From the IMG/VR virus record IMGVR_UViG_2681813271_000008: a stretch of DNA of 33,148 nucleotides; one strand, given 5' to 3'. This DNA is from a virus (taxonomy: Duplodnaviria; Heunggongvirae; Uroviricota; Caudoviricetes). This document shows positions 26,960-33,148 of the stretch, one piece after another. The notes under the pieces were generated by a model, which was not told the origin of the DNA, made no database searches, and saw nothing but the letters and a program-made list of their open reading frames with translations. Numbering within the stretch: the first letter of the stretch is position 1; each line of letters begins with the position of its first letter. The position numbers and the translations under genes were made by a program.

Positions 26960-29605
26960 TCATGGTGTTCTGGTCCTGCTGAAGTGTGGATGCCAGGCGT
27001 GCGGCGGCTTCANNNNNNNNNNNNNNGCGGCTTCAGGGTCTGATGCCCCCAGCTGTGTCAGATAGCTGGCGACCGGGTTATGGCGGATCTCCGTGCTGCT
27101 TACGCCATGATTACGGCTCAGGCGCTGCCAGAGCTGCGTGATTCGGCTGTCCGGGCGGGTATCCGGTTTGCGTACAATTTCAAATCCCTGCGGTGCAATG
27201 ATGCTGCCGTCAACGTACAGACTGCCGCCCCGTAACAGGTGCTGCATCTGTTGTTCACCGATATGCAGGCCGAGAGATTCAGCAGACTCCCGCCATTCTT
27301 TAGCGAGTAATTCGTGGTTATCAGGCAAAGGCCGCTGCTGTTTGCGGCTCTGTGTCCAGCTCTGCATTTCATCACTGCTGTTTTTTGCCTGTTTGTCACG
27401 AAGCGAACGCATCAGCGCCCGGCGTTCGTGCCGTTTCAGTGAGCGCATCCATTCATCCACATCAACGCCGTCAGGGAGCTGCGGCCACGGTGCTGGCCGT
27501 TCTTCCGGCTGTTCTGTCCCGTTGTTGTCCGTTTCCTGTACACGGGGACAGTTATTGCCACGAGTCCAAGGGGCGGCAGGGCCGCCCTGAAGGTCAAAAC
27601 CATTTTCGCGGGCGCTGTCTTCCGCTTCCGGTTTGCGTCTTACCAGCTTCCAGTTATCCGGATGCGTGCACACACGGGAGGATTCCCCGATGAGTGGTGA
27701 CCAGATCCCGTAAATCTGTACGCTCTGTTCGCCGTAATCGTTCAGCTCATCGGCGAGGTCGTAGGCGGTGCGAATCAGGTAGTCTTTGCGTGGAACAAGT
27801 ACGCCGCCCTGTTTCTCTATGTAGGTGGCAAAACATCCGGCATCAGCGGCGGCAAGAACCGCATCCATTGCGTCATCCTTCAGCCGTTGCGGGCCTTCCG
27901 GGTTGCGTGCCATCTGGCTGGCAAGGCGGCGCAGTTCACGCCATACCTGGCGGGAGGGGATGCCAAAGAACTGGAACTGGCGGACCCGGTGAAGGCGCGC
28001 CCAGCCGATGGCGCGTTCCACGCTCTCGGCCATTGATTTTCCGGTTTCGTGGTCAACGCGTGGCTTGCCCGTTTTCGGGTCGATGCCATCCACGGCGCGG
28101 CTGTCCAGGTTTTTCCCGATGTAGGTGGCGATGTAGCTGGTTGGCGTGCCTTTTGAGCCGTCTACATACTCCGCCTTAAAGCGCGGAGTTATGTCATCGC
28201 CCAGCTCGTGACGATCTTCCTGAATGGCAATATCGCGGGTGTGGGACACAATGGTGTCGATTTCTTCCGGATGAGCAAAGACCATCATATGCCAGTGCAC
28301 GGTGCCGTCATGGTGAGGCTCCGCCGTGCGGATGCCATACCAGCGCAGGCCGTCGCGGTTCAGTTTTTTGCGGACCGTCGCAAAAAACGTGTTAACCAGG
28401 TAATCGCTGGAGTCGCGCATTGTGGCCCCGTTCCATTTGGGATTCGGATGACCGTTCTCCGTTGTGGCGTGGTATTTTGACGGGCAGGTGACAGTCAGAA
28501 ACACCGCTTTGTCGCCACGGGCTTCGGCCAGAAGTTCCAGCCCCTTCATGGTGGCCATCATTTCTGCCTTACGGTGAACCGGGTTACTTACTCCCGCGTA
28601 ATACACCGTCTCGAGATCAATCGTGAACCCGTCTTCATTTTCCAGCATGAAACTTTTCAGGAAATCGCGTGTTTTCTCGCGCTGTGCGCGAAACTCGCTT
28701 AACGCGTCCTGGCTCAGATAGGGCGATGTTTTTCTGGAAACCAGACAGGCGGCGCGAAGTTGTTCTTCTCTCCACTCGCAACGTAACAGCCACAGTTTGC
28801 GTTTCCACCATTCCGCACAGGTCAGGCGAAGGATTGCGCCCGGCAGCAGTTCTGTGTCCGGTTCGTGCCTCCGGTCTTTGTCTGTTGTCAGTGCGTCATA
28901 ATGCGGAGGCATGGCGTGTAAGTGTAACGCCATGCGGGCCAGCATCTGATACGCCTTCAGCGTTACATCCATGGTCAGCTCGCCATCAGTCGCGCCAAAA
29001 CCATCGCAGAGTTTTTCGAAGGTGCTGCTGAACATCGCCGCCGTCATGGTGGCCAGCGTCTGTATCTGGTGTTTGTTGAGTTGCGGCAGGTAAAGCAAAT
29101 CGTCCAGGCGTTCACGTCCGGCAAGGGAGCGATAACCCGGTGTCAGCCAGTGTCCGTCAGTGCGATCCAGACGTTCGAATATTTTGCGCAGGGTTCCGCG
29201 TGCATAGCGTTCCGCCTGCCAGCTCTTTTTGCCTTTCCGGCGATCGGCTTCCTGTTTTTTGCGCAGGAAGGAGAGGTGGCGAATAAGCGGATCGCGCAGA
29301 TAGGACGGCAGCAGGCGCAGCGAGGCCATGGCTTCATCCACCGCGCCGCGTGCCTGTTTTCTGGCGTCTCCTGCCAGTGTGATGGTTTTGTCCTGTTTTT
29401 CCTGTGCGTCCAGGCTTTTATTAATCAGGTTGCCCAGTGGCGTGGCGGAGAACGCCGCATCAGCCATTTCCTGGCGGCGCTCGTTCTCTGCCCGGTGGGC
29501 ATCCAGCCAGGAGGAAAGCGCGGATTCAGGAGCGGGGATCCCCGTTCCTTCACGCCCCACTGCGTGGCGCGGTTGTTGCCAGTCCCTGATGTACTCTGCC
29601 GTCAT
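26960..29605 (-). CDS. A: Replication initiation protein A (rolling-circle, HUH endonuclease; P2 gpA-like)
   Basis: 881-codon frame; HUH-type motif in GTVHWHMMVF and tyrosine motif TSYIATYIGKN; a 14-N run lies near the 3' end, so the C-terminus is uncertain. Confidence 0.8.
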   Translation of the reverse strand: MTAEYIRDWQQPRHAVGREGTGIPAPESALSSWLDAHRAENERRQEMADAAFSATPLGNLINKSLDAQEKQDKTITLAGDARKQARGAVDEAMASLRLLPSYLRDPLIRHLSFLRKKQEADRRKGKKSWQAERYARGTLRKIFERLDRTDGHWLTPGYRSLAGRERLDDLLYLPQLNKHQIQTLATMTAAMFSSTFEKLCDGFGATDGELTMDVTLKAYQMLARMALHLHAMPPHYDALTTDKDRRHEPDTELLPGAILRLTCAEWWKRKLWLLRCEWREEQLRAACLVSRKTSPYLSQDALSEFRAQREKTRDFLKSFMLENEDGFTIDLETVYYAGVSNPVHRKAEMMATMKGLELLAEARGDKAVFLTVTCPSKYHATTENGHPNPKWNGATMRDSSDYLVNTFFATVRKKLNRDGLRWYGIRTAEPHHDGTVHWHMMVFAHPEEIDTIVSHTRDIAIQEDRHELGDDITPRFKAEYVDGSKGTPTSYIATYIGKNLDSRAVDGIDPKTGKPRVDHETGKSMAESVERAIGWARLHRVRQFQFFGIPSRQVWRELRRLASQMARNPEGPQRLKDDAMDAVLAAADAGCFATYIEKQGGVLVPRKDYLIRTAYDLADELNDYGEQSVQIYGIWSPLIGESSRVCTHPDNWKLVRRKPEAEDSARENGFDLQGGPAAPWTRGNNCPRVQETDNNGTEQPEERPAPWPQLPDGVDVDEWMRSLKRHERRALMRSLRDKQAKNSSDEMQSWTQSRKQQRPLPDNHELLAKEWRESAESLGLHIGEQQMQHLLRGGSLYVDGSIIAPQGFEIVRKPDTRPDSRITQLWQRLSRNHGVSSTEIRHNPVASYLTQLGASDPEAXXXXXXKPPHAWHPHFSRTRTP
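27013..27026. other. Assembly gap (14 N) near the 3' end of A
   Basis: Run of N; the same 9-mer GCGGCTTCA flanks both sides, suggesting overlapping contig ends. Confidence 1.
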
Positions 29606-29611
29606 AGTGAT

Positions 29612-29977
29612 TTACTTCGTCATGCCATTCAGGGTGTCGCGGCAGACTGTAGCCAGCCGCTGAATTTCCAGCACGGTGTCTTCTGTGTCGGCATGGCGAT
29701 GTGTGATGCGGATGCTGTCGGCAATCACATCGACGATTGCAGAGGATGGGCGCTGGTAAATGCCAATAACGGACGGGGTGCCACCTTCAATGCGGTAAAG
29801 CCTGTAATTTCCCTCGTGGCTGTCAATCATGTAGCGACCATCAATAACAATCTTTCCGTCAGCGAGCTGCGGTACAGGCAGGGATTTCAGGTACATGTCA
29901 TAACGATCACGCACGCGAGCGGCAAGATCACGCTCTGTGTTGAGCAGGTATTCAAGAAAGTCGTTGGCGAGAATCAT
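29612..29977 (-). CDS. Hypothetical early-operon protein (121 aa)
   Basis: ORF immediately upstream of A on the same strand. Confidence 0.5.
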   Translation of the reverse strand: MILANDFLEYLLNTERDLAARVRDRYDMYLKSLPVPQLADGKIVIDGRYMIDSHEGNYRLYRIEGGTPSVIGIYQRPSSAIVDVIADSIRITHRHADTEDTVLEIQRLATVCRDTLNGMTK

Positions 29978-30118
29978 TGCGGCAATCCTCTTGTTACAGA
30001 TGTGCGAAGGCCTCCCGCCGCAAGGTGCAGGAAAGGCCCGGAACAGGAATTAATGGAGTTTGTTTTGCTGCCGGATGAGCTGCTGAAGCCCGACGTGGTT
30101 TCCGGCAGTTGGAGGTGC

Positions 30119-30364
30119 TCATGCTCTGATTTCCCTCAGTAGCTGGTTGAACATCTGGGTTAGTGGGTTGCTACACCCAAACGGCATCAGGTTTACCTGA
30201 TAAGAAAAGCGACCGCCTGTTTTGCGCTCTTTTCTTGTGACTAAACCGCTGCGCCAGAGACGGCGTAGCTCCGCATTAATGGTTGTGGTTGGTGTATTCA
30301 GTGCTGCGGCGATTTCTCCACTGCTACAACCCGGATTGGCAGCGATGTAGTCCAGAATGGTCAT
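30119..30364 (-). CDS. Hypothetical protein, predicted winged-helix DNA-binding (81 aa)
   Basis: Helix-turn-helix-like segment SSGEIAAALNTPTTTINAELRRLWRSGLV; the upstream ORF's stop overlaps its start. Confidence 0.5.
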   Translation of the reverse strand: MTILDYIAANPGCSSGEIAAALNTPTTTINAELRRLWRSGLVTRKERKTGGRFSYQVNLMPFGCSNPLTQMFNQLLREIRA

Positions 30365-30564
30365 CTGCGTGACTCCTGTACCTGTCTGATAAGATTCACC
30401 TGCACCACGTTGGTGGCGCAGAAGTAAGTGCCGTCAGTGAGATAGATATGATGTGCATCCTTTTCTGAACGGTGTTTGTCGATTGTGGTAATCAGGCGTT
30501 CGTCAACTTCGTATTCACGTCCTCTGGAGGTGAAACGAACGACAGGAAAATGCTTAATTGCCAT
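30361..30564 (-). CDS. Hypothetical early protein (67 aa)
   Basis: Start at the ATG encoding MAIKHF, preceded by AGGAGG; the track's longer version lacks an RBS. Confidence 0.5.
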   Translation of the reverse strand: MAIKHFPVVRFTSRGREYEVDERLITTIDKHRSEKDAHHIYLTDGTYFCATNVVQVNLIRQVQESRR

Positions 30565-30650
30565 TACGCCTCCTTGGCGTGTGCGAATACCTCCGCGAAT
30601 GCGGATTGTTTTCACATTTTCTTATTTAACCTGGGGTCTTATTTGCGCGG

Positions 30651-30764
30651 TTATTCTTCAGTGAAAAAGCGTTCAATCTTTTTTACTGAATTAATAATTC
30701 GCATAATCCCAATGGCGCAGACCACCGAAATAATCAGAACAAGCCATGAAATAAATATACTCAT
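30651..30764 (-). CDS. Small hydrophobic peptide (37 aa), translationally coupled
   Basis: Hand translation gives MSIFISWLVLIISVVCAIGIMRIINSVKKIERFFTEE; its ATG overlaps the TGA of the upstream ORF (ATGA). Below the ORF-track size cutoff. Confidence 0.3.
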   Translation of the reverse strand: MSIFISWLVLIISVVCAIGIMRIINSVKKIERFFTEE

Positions 30765-31006
30765 GCGATATTTCCCAGCTTATACGGTTCAATATGTTCC
30801 CCGCATTCTGCGGCACAGATCAGCTCGGAAAGTTCGTTAAGTGCATCCAGATCATCAGCGTAAAAAGCCACGTCATACAGACTTCGGATTGCTCTGGTCA
30901 ATGAGTCACGGGCCGCACGTTCAGCATGAGCGCCTGATGCACTTAAGCGAAAATAAAAACGCTCAAGTGCTTTGTTAATGAGAGTTTTATATTCTTTGCC
31001 CATCAC
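30761..31006 (-). CDS. Hypothetical early protein (81 aa)
   Basis: ORF in the early operon, same strand as A. Confidence 0.5.
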   Translation of the reverse strand: MMGKEYKTLINKALERFYFRLSASGAHAERAARDSLTRAIRSLYDVAFYADDLDALNELSELICAAECGEHIEPYKLGNIA

Positions 31007-31014
31007 AACGCCCT

Positions 31015-31305
31015 TTAATCTGCTTTCTGTATTTCAGCTTCTGAATCCATACAAATAATTTCGATATAGGGTTCATCGCCATTAACCTGGCGTGCCTTTT
31101 CATCTTCGCTGATGATTTCTCGTACGGTCTGGTACGGAAGTTCCACAAGCAGTCGCGTGCCGTTCAGATAAACGTAAGTGGCTTCGTCGGCTCCGTTTTT
31201 ACCCGCCGGAGTCACTCCGTCAATAGCGGATGCACGTAATAACAGTTCACCGCGAAAATCAATAAAACGGATAAATACACCTTGTGCATTGTCTTTGGTC
31301 ATAAA
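31015..31305 (-). CDS. Hypothetical early protein (about 96 aa)
   Basis: Start moved to the internal ATG (MTKDNAQG) to avoid overlap with the upstream ORF; the track ORF is 31015..31416. Confidence 0.45.
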   Translation of the reverse strand, partial: FMTKDNAQGVFIRFIDFRGELLLRASAIDGVTPAGKNGADEATYVYLNGTRLLVELPYQTVREIISEDEKARQVNGDEPYIEIICMDSEAEIQKAD

Positions 31306-31312
31306 GCACCTG

Positions 31313-31651
31313 TTATAAATCAGCCTGTTTAATAAAACTTTGCCCGCGAAGCAGACGATCAACCGTGCGAAGTGCTTCGTATAATGTGAAATCCTGCCCG
31401 AACTGATTGTCGCCACAGCTCAGTGCAAAAATGCGGTTTCCGGTAAACGGATTGCGTGGGCATTTGTGGATCACGATTCCAGCTTTCTCAATCAGCCAGG
31501 CGTGCTCGCCGATTTGTTTTACTGGGTAGCCATCCGGCGTTGCGTGTGTATCACTCAGGCTGTAGCGGATGTTGCTGCGTGATGCACTGGTAGTGAAACG
31601 GTTAGCGTGGCGTTCTGTTCCGGTACAAAAATTACGGCGTTGCTTCAGCAT
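31313..31651 (-). CDS. Hypothetical early protein (112 aa)
   Basis: ORF in the early operon; contains Cys/His residues but no motif I can assign. Confidence 0.45.
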   Translation of the reverse strand: MLKQRRNFCTGTERHANRFTTSASRSNIRYSLSDTHATPDGYPVKQIGEHAWLIEKAGIVIHKCPRNPFTGNRIFALSCGDNQFGQDFTLYEALRTVDRLLRGQSFIKQADL

Positions 31652-31665
31652 AAAATGACACCTCG

Positions 31666-31944
31666 TTATTTTGTCATCTGCACGTATTTCTCTGCGTTTC
31701 TGATGGTTTTCAGGAAAATTGCGAAGAGATTTACTTTGCGTTTTGTGTTTCTTCCTTCTTGAGTAACGGGAATTACCGATCTATCAGCCTGCCTTCTTAC
31801 AGCGAGAATGCTTTGATTTGTGCGTTTCGCATAATCCTCTAGGCTTTCTTCAAGTACCGGTAGCCCATGTTCATTACGGTATGGGTAGAACGCCGCCAAA
31901 CGCTCAAAATCCGCTTGTTCGTATGTGTTAAGGACTTTTGCCAT
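31666..31944 (-). CDS. First early-operon gene (Cox/Apl position), function unassigned
   Basis: 92 aa ORF divergent from the repressor gene across a 95-bp control region; size is similar to P2 Cox but I see no sequence similarity. Confidence 0.45.
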   Translation of the reverse strand: MAKVLNTYEQADFERLAAFYPYRNEHGLPVLEESLEDYAKRTNQSILAVRRQADRSVIPVTQEGRNTKRKVNLFAIFLKTIRNAEKYVQMTK

Positions 31945-32039
31945 GGTGTGATAACCTATTCAATCTGGTGCTATTTGTGGCTCTTTGTAGCGTCAAGTGG
32001 TACTCAACTGATAACCAATATAGTATTCAGGTGCACACC

Positions 32040-32351
32040 ATGTCAATAGAGATATCAAAGAAGCTAAAAGCAATTCGAGAATCTGAGGGGCTTAGTCAGG
32101 CAAAGTTCGCGGATTCAATAGGTATTGCGGTTGGTACGGTTAAGCAATACGAGACTGGTATTCGAGGTGTGGGAACGGAGGTTTTACTGAAAATCACAAT
32201 GCACCCGGAATTTAAAAAATACACTACGTGGTTGATGAGTAACGAAACAAATGAGGCTGCTGGGCAGATCAGTCCTTCTCTCTCCCCTGATGGGCCAGAA
32301 AACACATCGTCTTCTCAAAAATCCCGCAAGACTGGCACACAGCCCGGCTAA
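32040..32351 (+). CDS. C: Immunity repressor (P2 C-like, XRE-type HTH)
   Basis: 103 aa from the ATG at 32040; helix-turn-helix region LSQAKFADSIGIAVGTVKQYE; upstream of the integrase and divergent from the early operon. The track's longer start lacks support. Confidence 0.7.
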   Translation: MSIEISKKLKAIRESEGLSQAKFADSIGIAVGTVKQYETGIRGVGTEVLLKITMHPEFKKYTTWLMSNETNEAAGQISPSLSPDGPENTSSSQKSRKTGTQPG

Positions 32352-32400
32352 TCATGGAACGCTGGGGGCATGGTGGTCTTGTAACGCTGGGGCTTCACGA

Positions 32401-33148
32401 ATGAGCATAAAATCAATTCCGGGAGGGTATCTTCTTGACATGCGTCCTGAGGGGCGTAAAGGCAAACGCATTCGCAAAAAATTTAAAACGAAATCGGATG
32501 CAGTTTTATATGAGCGGTGGGTGCTGGCGCAACAGCATAACAATGAGTGGAAAGGAAACTCCATTGATCGCCGTCCGCTGTCAGTGCTTATTGACTTGTG
32601 GTGGAAATACCACGGCCAGCTAATGAAGTCAGGGCATAACACGCGCCTTAAATTGCTGCGCTTGAGTGAGGCAATGGATGACCCGTGCGTGCATAAACTT
32701 AATACAACGATGCTCACCGAGCTACGTGTGTCCAGGATAGAGCAGGGGATACAGCCCAGCACCATAAATCGAGAGATTGGGGCGTTAAGCGCGATGTTTA
32801 CCGCACTCATCTCATCCGGCCATTTTCTTAACGATAACCCCGTTCAAGGCCTTAAAGGAATGAAGGTTAACGAGCGTGAAATGGGATATCTGAGTAAGTC
32901 TGAATGTGTTCAGTTGCTGGATGCACTGGCTGAAAATCCCGATGAACGGCTGGCCGTCGAAATCCTTCTGTCGACCGGGGCGCGATGGGGCGAGGTAGCG
33001 GCACTGGAGCAGCGCCGTGTTCTTCATTGTCGAATCACTTTTTCAAAAACGAAGAACAGCAAAAACCGTACCGTTCCTATTTCTGAAAGCCTGTTTGAAA
33101 AGATCAAAAAACGGGGCGGGAAACTGGTGTTTCCGACGCTGGATTATT
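32401..33148 (+). CDS. int: Tyrosine integrase (P2 Int-like), 3' end outside the window
   Basis: Hand translation from the ATG at 32401 gives MSIKSIPGGYLLDMRPEGRKGKRIRKKFKTKSDAVLYERWV..., open to the end of the window. Not in the ORF track because no stop is reached. Confidence 0.8.
   Translation, partial: MSIKSIPGGYLLDMRPEGRKGKRIRKKFKTKSDAVLYERWVLAQQHNNEWKGNSIDRRPLSVLIDLWWKYHGQLMKSGHNTRLKLLRLSEAMDDPCVHKLNTTMLTELRVSRIEQGIQPSTINREIGALSAMFTALISSGHFLNDNPVQGLKGMKVNEREMGYLSKSECVQLLDALAENPDERLAVEILLSTGARWGEVAALEQRRVLHCRITFSKTKNSKNRTVPISESLFEKIKKRGGKLVFPTLDY

Noticed and set aside
26760-26963. 67-aa ORF between A and parM
   Set aside because: Its start is coupled to the A stop (ATGA), but its 3' part overlaps one of the two palindromic repeats, so the region may be regulatory rather than coding. 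Left unannotated as a gene and discussed in findings.
29069-30142. 357-aa plus-strand ORF
   Set aside because: It is antisense to replication gene A and the adjacent early genes; no independent support.
1-33148. CRISPR arrays, tRNA or rRNA genes
   Set aside because: No regularly spaced direct repeats with spacers and no cloverleaf-like or rRNA-like sequence were seen on either strand.

Overview
This window is a near-complete P2-like temperate myovirus prophage from an enterobacterial-type draft assembly, interrupted by six N-runs. Reading right to left it follows P2 gene order: integrase (runs off the 3' end), C-type repressor, a divergent early operon of small ORFs ending in the rolling-circle initiator A, a cargo locus at the position where P2 carries tin/old (a ParM/ParR actin-type partition pair plus three small unknown ORFs), then portal Q and terminase P, capsid genes O-N-M-L, X, a lysis cassette (holin, SAR endolysin, overlapped spanins), R, S, baseplate V-W-J-I, tail fibre H with assembly protein G, a Gin-type invertible tail-fibre segment with a fragmented invertase, the sheath/tube/chaperone/tape-measure/U block, and D. 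Family assignments are from my recollection of the P2, Mu Gin and R1 ParM/ParR sequences and from motifs visible in the translations; no database search was run. The points most worth a second look are the partition cassette and unknown small-gene operon in the cos-proximal hotspot, an in-frame amber codon near the end of the tail-fibre gene, the FI-to-U tail block lying inverted relative to D and to P2 synteny, and the fragmented invertase locus.
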